From: a virus
Lineage: Duplodnaviria; Heunggongvirae; Uroviricota; Caudoviricetes
Direction: 5' to 3' (one strand)
IMG/VR virus record: IMGVR_UViG_3300043105_000137
DNA: 64,000 nt
The stretch's first letter is position 1, and every line of letters begins with the position of its first letter. The notes below the pieces were generated by a model. It saw only the letters and a list, made by a program, of their open reading frames with translations. It did not search any database and was not told the origin of the DNA. Positions 27,091 through 36,530 of this stretch are shown here, in pieces. The translations under genes and the position numbers were made by a program.

Positions 27091-27537
27091 ATGAGAACAA
27101 GAAAAGACATAATCAAAGAAGTTGATGATTTGGTCAACTATTGGAAAGATAAACACGAACTCTTTCATGGTGGTTGTATGTTCGCCGCATCTGAAATCGC
27201 TCGTCATCTCGAAGAACTGGGTATCCCATATAACATTATTGTCTGGGCACCTCGTTTGAAATCAATCAAAACCTCAACACTTAGTGAAATCGTTTATGAT
27301 GGTCTTTGCTATCATGTTGGTATCTCTGTTCGTGTTGGTAATAAAAATGTCGTCATTGGTGGTGAAATAAAATACACTGTTATGTTTGGTCGAGGATTAG
27401 CCAGAATAAAAAGACAATCCACCGCCAAAGAACTACGAAAGGTATATCGTGATGGTGACTGGAATCAAAGTTGGAACACGAAATATAATCGTACGTTCAA
27501 AAAAGACTTGAATAAAATTTTTGAATCAAATATTTAA
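27091..27537 (+). CDS. Hypothetical protein, paralog of 31971-32429
   Basis: The start was moved to the ATG at 27091, downstream of the promoter. It shares the F(D/H)GGC, IIGG and W-N-x-x-W motifs with 31971. Confidence 0.5.
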   Translation: MRTRKDIIKEVDDLVNYWKDKHELFHGGCMFAASEIARHLEELGIPYNIIVWAPRLKSIKTSTLSEIVYDGLCYHVGISVRVGNKNVVIGGEIKYTVMFGRGLARIKRQSTAKELRKVYRDGDWNQSWNTKYNRTFKKDLNKIFESNI

Positions 27538-27543
27538 TTAACT

Positions 27544-28479
27544 ATGGGATGTTTTAATTCATCTGGGTGTATCTCACAAATCCCCATTCAAGAAGGTCAA
27601 AGGGTCGCTGGTATCCTGTGTAAAATTCAATCTGACCTTGACTTTAGTGACGCTATTCTCTGGAATGGTTGTTACTCACTAATACCTATGTGCCCAATTA
27701 TCTATGGTGTTTATAATGACTATGGTTATCTCACTCCTGATGAGGGTATTCTAACTGTTAAAATATTAGAACAGTTTTTTGATGAAGACATTGATGGTGT
27801 TCTATGTTACTTTAACAATCTCACTTATTTTGGTGGTGATGAATGGAAAAGTGAACCGAGTCCGGAAACACAAAAGATGATGAAACTTAGAGATAATGAT
27901 GAAATCCGTCACAAACGATTTTACAACATCCCCAAAAAAGTAAATCTAAACAACCCTTACAATCACTTCTGTCTTGTCTTGGAACATGAGGATGTAGTAA
28001 AAAAGATTATAGACTCTCAGGACTTCAATTACTTCGCTTGGAATTATGGTATCAAAAACAAAACCAAAGCGACATCTTGGAGTGAAATGTATGATGAACA
28101 ACTTGAAATATTTCGTGAGGATGGTCTTGATGACTTTTTCTCAGATGCCGAAAATGACGAAAGAGTTAACATCATAAGAATCCTTAGTTTAGGTTATCCT
28201 ATTTTCCCAGTTCGTCAACAATACCTCAATGTTGGTTTATATAATGATGTCAAAGGCCACCAATATTTTATGGATTTTTTGCGTCATTATCCATCTAATT
28301 TTTGTTATATTTTTGATGAGAGACTTAAAGATGAATACCTCGACACAATCAGGTTTTATCTCGGTCTGACCACTTATCAACTTAAAATGTATCTACGTCG
28401 TGATAGTGCTGGTCAAAATGATGACAGAGAGTTCTTCAAGTCACTCATCGAAACTTATTCAAAGATACTTAATAAATGA
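27544..28479 (+). CDS. Hypothetical protein
   Basis: A 311-aa ORF. Confidence 0.45.
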   Translation: MGCFNSSGCISQIPIQEGQRVAGILCKIQSDLDFSDAILWNGCYSLIPMCPIIYGVYNDYGYLTPDEGILTVKILEQFFDEDIDGVLCYFNNLTYFGGDEWKSEPSPETQKMMKLRDNDEIRHKRFYNIPKKVNLNNPYNHFCLVLEHEDVVKKIIDSQDFNYFAWNYGIKNKTKATSWSEMYDEQLEIFREDGLDDFFSDAENDERVNIIRILSLGYPIFPVRQQYLNVGLYNDVKGHQYFMDFLRHYPSNFCYIFDERLKDEYLDTIRFYLGLTTYQLKMYLRRDSAGQNDDREFFKSLIETYSKILNK

Positions 28480-28706
28480 CAGTATGGTTAATTCGTGGAT
28501 ACCATTACCCAGACGAACACATCGAATATGAGATGTGTCCTTATGACCTCTATGATATGTTAGTCGCCCTACATGGTCACACGATTTATGAAACAATTAG
28601 AAATAGATATAAATTCCTAAGTATTTGTTACTTTAGCGAACGTAAATGTAAAAGAATTGTAAACCAGTTAAATAGTATTACTTATGTTGACGAAAGAAGA
28701 AATTGA
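28476..28706 (+). CDS. Hypothetical protein
   Basis: A 76-aa ORF. Confidence 0.35.
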   Translation: MTVWLIRGYHYPDEHIEYEMCPYDLYDMLVALHGHTIYETIRNRYKFLSICYFSERKCKRIVNQLNSITYVDERRN

Positions 28707-28890
28707 ACTCGCAGATGAAGTTTTTGAACAAGACATCACTGACAACTATCTCGATTATCTTATTGCTGAGTTTGAACAGAATACTCACAACATCAACCTA
28801 ATGTGTGATATTCTAAGAGAAGCAAGACGTGTTGGATATGAGGGTGAACCAATCCCCTCAATTCAAAAATTCTTGGCAAATGGTGACTGA
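28684..28890 (+). CDS. Hypothetical acidic protein
   Basis: A 68-aa ORF. Confidence 0.35.
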   Translation: MLTKEEIELADEVFEQDITDNYLDYLIAEFEQNTHNINLMCDILREARRVGYEGEPIPSIQKFLANGD

Positions 28891-29149
28891 CCTATATCAT
28901 TACCTGTTCACTATCCAACCTGAATTTTATCTTCACCTCTTGGTTTCACTTATCTTGGTTTTATTAATCAGTAAGTTTTTCAAATCAATGGAGAAGATAA
29001 ACCAAGCATCCGTTTCATGTCTTATAACATTGTTCATCGGTCTATGTAAGGAACTCTACGATTATTTTTCGTATGGAGTTTTTGACCAAGTAGATATGTT
29101 ATTTGATGAAATCGGATGCTGGATTGGGTGGGTTTTGTTAATTTTTTAA
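28829..29149 (+). CDS. Membrane protein
   Basis: Two or three hydrophobic helices are predicted. Confidence 0.35.
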   Translation: MLDMRVNQSPQFKNSWQMVTDLYHYLFTIQPEFYLHLLVSLILVLLISKFFKSMEKINQASVSCLITLFIGLCKELYDYFSYGVFDQVDMLFDEIGCWIGWVLLIF

Positions 29150-29162
29150 TTTTATTGTTAAG

Positions 29163-29450
29163 ATGATTCAACATTCAATTTCTGAAGATAATGTGGAAGT
29201 TACAATATCTATCGAAGATTATTTACTTCTGAAAAAATATTACCACTTCTGTCGAAACTGGGCTCCATGTATTGATGTATGTCCCAAATGTGGAGCGTTC
29301 AATCCAAGAGGTTATGTCTGTATTCACTGTAACTATGGTGGTGAAGGTGATGATATAACTCTCGAAGAAAACAAAAAATTCACCGAACATTTTGAAGAAA
29401 GGATTATGGATACTGAAATCCTTGAACCAGAAGACATCGCATTTTGTTAA
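29163..29450 (+). CDS. Zinc-ribbon-containing hypothetical protein
   Basis: The cysteine pairs CPKCGAFNPRGYVCIHC are present. Confidence 0.4.
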   Translation: MIQHSISEDNVEVTISIEDYLLLKKYYHFCRNWAPCIDVCPKCGAFNPRGYVCIHCNYGGEGDDITLEENKKFTEHFEERIMDTEILEPEDIAFC

Positions 29451-30394
29451 TTATGAGACATTTAGATAACCTCACCAGAATGGCCTCCAAAAAAGAATGG
29501 ATAAAGGCTCTTATTAATGACCTTATTAGTGATCGTGGTCAAAATCCTGATACTCGATTTCAAGACCTTTACAATTTGAATTACAACTTTCAACTTCGTA
29601 AAGAGTATGAAATCATTGGTATTGTATTGGATATAGTCTATGATAATGTCGGTCCAAAACCATGTACCCATTTCATCAATCTAACTGTTGAAAAGGTAAA
29701 TAAAATTATCCTCAACCTTATTAAATGTCGTTATATCCTTGAAGATGCTTGGGGATTAACCACCACATTTGAAATCATTACCAAAAATTATTATGAGAAA
29801 TTAAGTGAAGATGAAAAACAAGATATGATGTATGTTGCTCTCACTATTGATTATCTCGTGGACTTGTTTGGTATGATGGATGTATGTGATGTCGTTGGTT
29901 ACAATATCTACCCGGACACATTAGATGGTAAACATATGGATGTACCTTCTATCTTGAAATCAAACTGGGAAAATTATATTGATAAACCATATGACCTGTT
30001 GGGAAACTACTATAAAGATTACTTCCCCGACTTGGTATATAATAAACTTCCATCAATCATTCCGGGTATCATGAAAGATATTGATGAGATGGATGAGATA
30101 AAAGAACAACAACGTATCAATGAAGAAGAGTTCAAACGTATAAGGAAAACAAGAATGAAGAAAGTTATTCCTTGTGATGAGAACCCTATTATTGGAAACC
30201 GCATAGTAAATGATAAAACTTTCGCCATTCGTTTACGTTCATTCCTTAAAGATGTAAATGTATGTGATGAGATGGGACAGGAAGAAAAAAATTACTTGAT
30301 GATGGTCGCTAATAAACTAATTAACTATCAGGCGGCCTCCGTTACTGAACCTGATGAAAAAGACTATTTAACAAGATGTAATATCGAAATATAA
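29444..30394 (+). CDS. Hypothetical protein
   Basis: A 316-aa ORF. Confidence 0.45.
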   Translation: MLIMRHLDNLTRMASKKEWIKALINDLISDRGQNPDTRFQDLYNLNYNFQLRKEYEIIGIVLDIVYDNVGPKPCTHFINLTVEKVNKIILNLIKCRYILEDAWGLTTTFEIITKNYYEKLSEDEKQDMMYVALTIDYLVDLFGMMDVCDVVGYNIYPDTLDGKHMDVPSILKSNWENYIDKPYDLLGNYYKDYFPDLVYNKLPSIIPGIMKDIDEMDEIKEQQRINEEEFKRIRKTRMKKVIPCDENPIIGNRIVNDKTFAIRLRSFLKDVNVCDEMGQEEKNYLMMVANKLINYQAASVTEPDEKDYLTRCNIEI

Positions 30395-30675
30395 TGACTT
30401 CACTTAAAATGACCCATGATTCACTTATTGGTCGATTAAACAACCTACCTATGAAAAGTATCGACCAAGTTTTTAATTTTCTTAATGAGAATTCAATCCC
30501 TGTCTATAATGTTCATAAGACATTAGATAAAGACCTCGGAAAGATGGGACAGGTTATGAAGGTTACTTTTGACCTCTCACAAGATGATTACAAGGGAACT
30601 ATAACTATCCGAGGTATTGAACATGAAAATAGATTTTGGTCTCCGGAAACACATGGTTTTGTCTTAGCTTACTGA
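30394..30675 (+). CDS. Hypothetical protein
   Basis: A 93-aa ORF. Confidence 0.4.
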   Translation: MTSLKMTHDSLIGRLNNLPMKSIDQVFNFLNENSIPVYNVHKTLDKDLGKMGQVMKVTFDLSQDDYKGTITIRGIEHENRFWSPETHGFVLAY

Positions 30676-30816
30676 CCTTTTGACATGGTTGTAACAAAAT
30701 TGTAAAATTGTTGTAAAAAATTTGACAAAATTTGTGAAATTTTTTTTCATAAATATCTACACAAAGATGATACAAATAGAAAAAATTTGAGTTCAATTTG
30801 ACAAAAATCTAACTTC

Positions 30817-30838
30817 TTTGTTATATTTAATATGTAAG
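30817..30838 (+). promoter_or_regulatory. Class-2 conserved motif with an ATG-TAA mini start-stop
   Basis: The sequence is TTTGTTATATTTAATATGTAA. Confidence 0.45.
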
Positions 30839-30880
30839 GTTTTTGAGAGAACAACAACTCAAAAACAATATTGAAAGATT

Positions 30881-30901
30881 TTTGTTATATTTAATATGTA
30901 T
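30881..30901 (+). promoter_or_regulatory. Class-2 conserved motif
   Basis: The sequence TTTGTTATATTTAATATGTAT faces an ORF-free 590-nt region. Confidence 0.45.
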
Positions 30902-31490
30902 CCAATTAAAGTGAATGAACTTTAAGAGTGTATACGATAGGTTGAAGTACCGCCGATTTTAAGCCTGTGGACTACCGAAAGTCAAGGTAGAATGAATCAG
31001 GAAGTTAATAGACAACACCTAAATTGTTTTCTTTTAACATACTATTTACTTGGGGAATGTGTCTTAACCTCAAGTTGGCTCGCGGAGAAATCTTATTGCA
31101 GTCTGTGATTGATAACTGAGGTTTTGAGGATGTGGGAAGTTGGAGGGGTATCCAACGAAAGACACAAATGGAAAAGATGAGACATAATACATCATCGTTG
31201 GGAAATGGGGATGTATTTATAATTTTGGGACTTCAAATTTAATTGTTGAAGTGAGGACTTTTTACTTATATTGATTGATTGATTAGATTATAGTTAATTT
31301 TTATTTTTTTTTTGAGAACGTAGAAATTCAATAAGTGAAGTCCCGAAAATCCTAAACAAGTTTTCACTTCACAACAAAAGGGGAAAATAGATGGTGATTA
31401 TTAATGGTTGTTGTGAAACAACCATTAATTTTTTTGAAAAAGCCGTTGGGAGAAACAATCCCAACACTACATATACAAAATAAACGTTAT
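30902..31490 (+). ncRNA. Candidate non-coding transcript, function unknown
   Basis: There is no ORF longer than 60 aa on the + strand. Two class-2 motifs lie just upstream and multiple hairpins (for example acttcaa...ttgaagt, gtgaagt...acttcac) are present. Confidence 0.25.
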
Positions 31491-31494
31491 TGTT

Positions 31495-31875
31495 ATGAAG
31501 AAATTTATGATGATATGTATGTTGTTGGTTTGCACCCTGATGTCGGGAATGGCAGAGACCACACCCACTCAGGTCGAACACGGAAAAGCAACTTACTATT
31601 CCCAAACTTGTAGGAATATTACAAGTAGTGGAGAAAGACTTCACCCTGAGAAACTAACCTGTGCTCACAAGGTGTTTCCATTTGGTACACTCCTTAAAGT
31701 GACCAACAAGAAGAATGGAAAATCTGTAGTGGTGAAAGTAAATGACAGGGGACCATTTGTAAAAGGTCGTATTGTCGATTTGTCTTGGTCAGCCGCCCGC
31801 GAACTTGATATGTTAAAAGCTGGTGTAGTTGATGTAGTCATCGAGGTTATTTCACTTGGTGATAAGAAAAGATGA
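31495..31875 (+). CDS. RlpA-like double-psi beta-barrel lytic transglycosylase, secreted
   Basis: A signal peptide is predicted. The segment ATYYSQTC...SGERL...LTCAHKVFPFGTLLKVTNKKNGKSVVVKVNDRGPFVKGRIVDLSWSAAREL closely matches the RlpA DPBB domain. Confidence 0.75.
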   Translation: MKKFMMICMLLVCTLMSGMAETTPTQVEHGKATYYSQTCRNITSSGERLHPEKLTCAHKVFPFGTLLKVTNKKNGKSVVVKVNDRGPFVKGRIVDLSWSAARELDMLKAGVVDVVIEVISLGDKKR

Positions 31876-31899
31876 AGTTTCTATTTTTTATAATAGAAC

Positions 31900-31932
31900 G
31901 AGATGTCAACAAAAATTGACATCTCTTTTTTT
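31900..31932 (+). terminator. Rho-independent terminator
   Basis: A 10-bp perfect stem gagatgtcaa/ttgacatctc is followed by T7. Confidence 0.7.
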
Positions 31933-31970
31933 GTTCATACCACCATAAATAAAATAAAACCTATTCAATC

Positions 31971-32429
31971 ATGACATTAGATGTTCAAGATAAATTTGTA
32001 AAAGAACTGGATGACACAACCCAACTATATGACAAAGAATATACAATTTTTGATGGAGGTTGTGCTTGGGTTGCTTATGTACTATCCTCTATTTTGGAAA
32101 GAGCGAAGGTACCTTATACGGTTACTCTATTTGTCCAACCTAAATACCGTCACTTAGATATGTTTAAGTTAGCCCAGAAAGATTTAATCGCACATATTGG
32201 TATCACTGTTGACTATAAAAACAGAAAACTTATCATTGGTGGTGACTTCACTGATACATATCGTCACTATGGTGTTGGTAGTTATGAAATCCCCAATATC
32301 ACATCAGAGGACTTAAAAAATCTATACGAAAACAATTCGTGGAATCCCGGATATGATAATGTGGAACAAGTGAACTCTGATTACAAAGATGATATGGAAA
32401 CTATCTTTATTGATTATTCCAATCTTTAA
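31971..32429 (+). CDS. Hypothetical protein, paralog of 27091-27537
   Basis: Shares the FDGGC, IIGG and WN motifs with 27091. Confidence 0.5.
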   Translation: MTLDVQDKFVKELDDTTQLYDKEYTIFDGGCAWVAYVLSSILERAKVPYTVTLFVQPKYRHLDMFKLAQKDLIAHIGITVDYKNRKLIIGGDFTDTYRHYGVGSYEIPNITSEDLKNLYENNSWNPGYDNVEQVNSDYKDDMETIFIDYSNL

Positions 32430-32431
32430 TT

Positions 32432-32453
32432 TTTGTTATCTTTATAGTAAATG
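32432..32453 (+). promoter_or_regulatory. Class-2 conserved motif ending at the start codon
   Basis: In TTTGTTATCTTTATAGTAAATG the ATG is the start of the ORF at 32451. Confidence 0.45.
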
Positions 32454-32744
32454 AAAAAAGAAGAATACATAGTTTGTTCTGCGATACGAAGACTGTCACC
32501 CAGAAATTGTAAACCCTACCACAACAATAATGATATTTGTGACATCGAGTTGGGCTTACGTCACCATGATATTTTTCAAAGATATATCGGTGAAGTTTCT
32601 AAAAGACCAAGTGATCAAGGTTTTTTCACATCACATGGTAGATTTGTTGGAAGAAAAGAGGCGTACATTATTGCTTACAACGCAGGACAGGTGACTGAGA
32701 AACCATCAGAAACAAGATTACTATTTTCAGAAGATTTATATTAA
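32451..32744 (+). CDS. Hypothetical protein
   Basis: A 97-aa ORF. Confidence 0.45.
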   Translation: MKKEEYIVCSAIRRLSPRNCKPYHNNNDICDIELGLRHHDIFQRYIGEVSKRPSDQGFFTSHGRFVGRKEAYIIAYNAGQVTEKPSETRLLFSEDLY

Positions 32745-32748
32745 AGAG

Positions 32749-33000
32749 ATGAGAAAAGAAAATTTTACAGATTTAGCAGATGTTGTCGAAAGAAATCAAG
32801 AATTTTTTGACAACATGATGACACAAGACACCCAACCTAAAAATATCGGTACATATACTCAAGAAGAACAAGGTGACGACCGTTCTGATTTAGATGCGAT
32901 GATTGATGTATATGACTATGAATACTTCCTCAAGCATGGATGTTTCATGAGTGGACAACAAAAAAGAAAAATGAAAAGACGACTTTCACGTCGAATGTGA
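32749..33000 (+). CDS. Hypothetical protein with a basic C-terminus
   Basis: An 83-aa ORF. Confidence 0.4.
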   Translation: MRKENFTDLADVVERNQEFFDNMMTQDTQPKNIGTYTQEEQGDDRSDLDAMIDVYDYEYFLKHGCFMSGQQKRKMKRRLSRRM

Positions 33001-33009
33001 TTATAATGA

Positions 33010-33033
33010 GCCGAGTTCTATTACTTGGCTCTT
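33010..33033 (+). terminator. Hairpin terminator candidate
   Basis: The arms gagccgagt...acttggctc form a 9-bp stem including one G-U pair. Confidence 0.35.
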
Positions 33034-33145
33034 GTTATATCTGTACGGCTTAAAATAACGAGTTCTGACGGACTTTACTGACTGAGATGAAGAAGTTACC
33101 ATCCGGACTGTTAAAGTGTCTTAAAATCAAAATAAATAAGTAAAT

Positions 33146-33505
33146 ATGAGAAATTACAAAGTAGAAAGGTTGAAGAAAGGTGAAACTATAATCTCCAGAG
33201 AACCGGGAAATTCGATGACACCAATTTTGAAATCCAGAGAACCAGTAATATTAGTTCCCGAAACCGACTGGAATCAATTTAAGAAAGGTGACATCGCTTA
33301 CATTAAAATTCATGGAAACTACTATACTCACTTGGTATATGCTGTTGATAAAGAAAAAGGACTTCAAATAGGAAATAATCATGGACATATACAAGGTTGG
33401 ACAAAGAAAGTTTTCGCACGAGCAATCTTAATCCCCCATGAGTGGACAAACAAAGCCGAAGAATACTTAGAGATATGGAAAACGACCATAAATACTGTAA
33501 ATTGA
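33146..33505 (+). CDS. S24/S26-like peptidase domain protein (LexA/UmuD/signal-peptidase fold)
   Basis: The segment REPGNSMTPIL...KKGDIAYIK matches the G(D/N)SMxP..L and GD core of S24/S26 peptidases. Confidence 0.45.
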   Translation: MRNYKVERLKKGETIISREPGNSMTPILKSREPVILVPETDWNQFKKGDIAYIKIHGNYYTHLVYAVDKEKGLQIGNNHGHIQGWTKKVFARAILIPHEWTNKAEEYLEIWKTTINTVN

Positions 33506-33520
33506 TCGTTGTAAAATATC

Positions 33521-35431
33521 ATGGCTTTTCTTCAAAACAAATTTATAGAAGATTATAAAACCGCCTGTCAAATACAAAAACTATATAAACAAATATATAG
33601 AATTTGTTATAAGATGGGCAACTATTATGTACCAAAAGGTAGTAGAATTGTTACTGTCACTTCAGATGATGGTACAACTCGACAAGTATATAGACCCGTA
33701 TATAACAATAGAATAATTGAGACTGATGGGTGGTATGATGGTAATGAAGATGTAAAAATTCACCCAAATGGTGTTAAATCAATATCTTTAACTCAAAATA
33801 CATATCTTACAATATCACAAATTGAAGATTTATATCTGTATAATAATATTATTCTTGCTAGTTATGATAGTACCACACAAAATGTTCCACAATATTTAAA
33901 AACAGGTGAGCTAAATGAGAAATTCAAATCTATATCTGTCGAAATACAATCATTATTATTCACATTGATTGATTCCGAAGCTCTAACGCCTTTTAGAACA
34001 TCATACACATATTATCCCGTAATGGATGCCAGATACCCCCATGTTCACTGGGCTTATGTTGCGATGAAAAATAATATGAATAAGTCACAAAGACGAATAT
34101 TCTATAACACTTGTATCGGTAAAACACTTCAAGAATATAAACGATTTACCACACACACATTTCCCAGAATATATAAACAACCTTGGGATAGTGGAACTTG
34201 GACACATACAGAGGATGAAACAAATTTGACCGATAGAGATAGAGTAAAAAAGAAAATGTATAAACAATGGTCAAGAACAGATTCAAGTGCTAACTATCTA
34301 ATTCTTAAAGCTGAGGAAGTATTAGAGAAATATGGTTGGCCTGAAGATGACCTTATTAAAACAAGTGAAGTCCCTGTTAGAATTGTTTTCTTTACAGGTG
34401 CGGGTATGAGTGAGGAAAATGGTATCTATACATATAAGAGTGAGGAAGAAGGTAATTTGTGGTATGAGAACCCTATTGATATGATAATGACAAAATCCGG
34501 GTGGAATTCTGACCCTGTTTTCTTGAATAGATTTTTTAATGAATTGAGAGCCAGTTACATTAATAAAAATACCATGCATCTTGGTTATCAAATTATAAAT
34601 AAATTCATTAATGATACTATTGGTGAAGGAACAAATAAACATAATACCTTTGATGTGAAAATCATTACTCAGAATATTGATGACCTACATGACAAAGCAT
34701 TATGTGACTATTTTTTTAGATATTATAACACGTCATATGAACCCCCGATATATGGAATTAGTGATAGTGGTTTTTATAAATATATGAAATTTACCAATAT
34801 TGGAAAATCTATGACAGCGAAAGAATTCATAGATGAACACCTTATACATCTTCATGGTAATTTAATGATTATGTGCAATGAAGATGATGTCGATAATACA
34901 AACTACCATGCTGACTTATCATATTGGACAAAAAGTGTTTCCGAAGATGATAACACAACAACAACAACATTGGCAGGAGTTTCAAAATATAAAAAAGTAA
35001 ATGGTAAGTATGTACAATCCGGAGTTGTAACAATAGACACAACAGAAAGTCATAAAGATTGTGGATTACCAACAGATGCTAAGGTTTGGACTTATTTCCC
35101 AAAAGTCAAACAGACATCAAATGGTAATGCAAAGATGAGACCTTGGATTACTCTATATCACGAAACCGTAAATAGAATGACAGAAGCTATCGAATTGGTT
35201 AGGTCTTGTGACATATTCGTAATGGTGGGAACTTCATTAGAAACTTTCCCCGCAGCCAATTTAATGACTTATGTTCCATCGACTACACCTATCATATATA
35301 TAGACCCAAATCCAAATACTGAAATGATAGAAAAACTAAAGATGACCAGTAGAACAGAAATAGTTAAAACATATGCACCAAATGGTCTTTCTCATGTGTT
35401 AGATGTATATCTTATGGGTTTGAAAATATAG
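33521..35431 (+). CDS. SIR2 (sirtuin-like) domain protein fused to an N-terminal domain of about 280 aa with no recognisable motifs
   Basis: Four sirtuin motifs appear in order: FFTGAGMSEENGI (GAGxS), TQNIDDLH (QNIDxLH), HLHGN (catalytic His) and VMVGTSLETFPAANL (GTSL..P). The canonical Zn-binding cysteine pairs are absent. Confidence 0.7.
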   Translation: MAFLQNKFIEDYKTACQIQKLYKQIYRICYKMGNYYVPKGSRIVTVTSDDGTTRQVYRPVYNNRIIETDGWYDGNEDVKIHPNGVKSISLTQNTYLTISQIEDLYLYNNIILASYDSTTQNVPQYLKTGELNEKFKSISVEIQSLLFTLIDSEALTPFRTSYTYYPVMDARYPHVHWAYVAMKNNMNKSQRRIFYNTCIGKTLQEYKRFTTHTFPRIYKQPWDSGTWTHTEDETNLTDRDRVKKKMYKQWSRTDSSANYLILKAEEVLEKYGWPEDDLIKTSEVPVRIVFFTGAGMSEENGIYTYKSEEEGNLWYENPIDMIMTKSGWNSDPVFLNRFFNELRASYINKNTMHLGYQIINKFINDTIGEGTNKHNTFDVKIITQNIDDLHDKALCDYFFRYYNTSYEPPIYGISDSGFYKYMKFTNIGKSMTAKEFIDEHLIHLHGNLMIMCNEDDVDNTNYHADLSYWTKSVSEDDNTTTTTLAGVSKYKKVNGKYVQSGVVTIDTTESHKDCGLPTDAKVWTYFPKVKQTSNGNAKMRPWITLYHETVNRMTEAIELVRSCDIFVMVGTSLETFPAANLMTYVPSTTPIIYIDPNPNTEMIEKLKMTSRTEIVKTYAPNGLSHVLDVYLMGLKI

Positions 35432-35461
35432 TAATTAACTAAATCTAAATATTTATCAATC

Positions 35462-35497
35462 AACCGAATAGAAGTAAAATCTATTCGGTTTTTTTAT
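35462..35497 (+). terminator. Rho-independent terminator
   Basis: An 11-bp stem aaccgaataga/tctattcggtt is followed by T7. Confidence 0.7.
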
Positions 35498-35608
35498 TTC
35501 ACCACCAGTAGACCGTTTGTTATATCATATAATATATACTCTATGAATACGGATGTTGATCAAATTTTTTTATATTTTAACAGTAAATTAGGGTGAATCA
35601 CTATTTAC

Positions 35609-35630
35609 TTTGTTATCTTTATCATGTAAT
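35609..35630 (+). promoter_or_regulatory. Class-2 conserved motif
   Basis: The sequence is TTTGTTATCTTTATCATGTAA. A related copy, TTTGTTATATCATATAATAT, lies at 35513-35538. Confidence 0.4.
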
Positions 35631-35645
35631 TAATTTAGAAACAAC

Positions 35646-36224
35646 ATGATATTAGGAAGTCATAAATCATTAAGTTATATCACACCTAAGAAATGGTGGA
35701 TGTGGTTTCTTACTCCAATGTATAAACACCAAAGTAAGGACTTAGGACAACAACTCAAAGAAGGTATTAGAGTTCTTGATATTAATGTCCGATTTGATGA
35801 TCATGGTAATGTATCTGTCTGTGATGGGATATATGAAACCAAAAGTTATAATCCCAGAGTATTCACACTACACACTATTAATAAGATAGACAACTTTGGT
35901 GATAAAGATACCGATTATTACATCATTCTCACCCTCGATACAAAAAAGGCGTCATTAATACAAGAAGTGGAATTCATTAAACTATGTAAGGAATTCACAA
36001 GTAGATATTTTAGAAATAATGTTCACTTGCTTGGTTGTAGACGTAAGTTTGATAATGAGAAGGTATATGTTGGTTCACCTGATTTCACTGATATGTCTAT
36101 TATCTCAGCAACAGACCAAAAAGATTCTCGATGGTATGAGAAACTTATCCCTTGGTTCTATGCGAAACGAAAAAACGAAACTATTGAACCCACCTCAAAT
36201 GTAACCCTTTTGGACTTCATTTGA
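35646..36224 (+). CDS. PI-PLC X-domain-like phosphodiesterase (tentative)
   Basis: The segments ILGSHKSLSY and IRVLDINVRFDDHGN resemble the His-containing catalytic segments of the PLC-like phosphodiesterase fold. Confidence 0.3.
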   Translation: MILGSHKSLSYITPKKWWMWFLTPMYKHQSKDLGQQLKEGIRVLDINVRFDDHGNVSVCDGIYETKSYNPRVFTLHTINKIDNFGDKDTDYYIILTLDTKKASLIQEVEFIKLCKEFTSRYFRNNVHLLGCRRKFDNEKVYVGSPDFTDMSIISATDQKDSRWYEKLIPWFYAKRKNETIEPTSNVTLLDFI

Positions 36225-36227
36225 TTT

Positions 36228-36292
36228 TTAACAAAGTTTTAGCACTTAAAATTTGGAGATGTTATAAAAAACCTGTAACTTTGTAGTGTAAA
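36228..36292 (+). promoter_or_regulatory. Class-1 promoter cassette, copy 1 of 3 in tandem
   Basis: The sequence is TTTTAACAAAGTTTTAGCACTTAAAATTTGG...TAacTTTGtagtgtaa. Confidence 0.6.
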
Positions 36293-36325
36293 ACAAAAAG
36301 AACATTGAAAAGATGATTGAAAAAA

Positions 36326-36394
36326 GATTTAACAAATTTTTAGCTCTTAAAATTTGGTCAAGTCAAAAAAATCAAGTATCTTTGTAGTGTAATT
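36326..36394 (+). promoter_or_regulatory. Class-1 promoter cassette, copy 2 of 3
   Basis: A near-identical cassette. Confidence 0.6.
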
Positions 36395-36423
36395 AAAAAC
36401 AACATTACACAAGATGATTGAAA

Positions 36424-36494
36424 AAAGATTTAACAAATTTTTAACACTTAAAATTTGGTCAGGTCGAAAAAATCAAGTATCTTTGTAATGTAAA
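36424..36494 (+). promoter_or_regulatory. Class-1 promoter cassette, copy 3 of 3, with the conserved leader
   Basis: The cassette plus the leader AAAACAAAAACAAAGTTTAACTCTCTAAA lie upstream of the ATG at 36531. Confidence 0.6.
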
Positions 36495-36530
36495 ACAAAA
36501 ACAAAGTTTAACTCTCTAAAACAAGAAACA

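Noticed and set aside
36228-36494. Tandem direct repeats of about 95 nt, superficially similar to a repeat-spacer array
   Set aside because: The units are promoter cassettes with -33 and -7 elements and are contiguous without regular unique spacers. No cas genes are present. This is not a CRISPR array.
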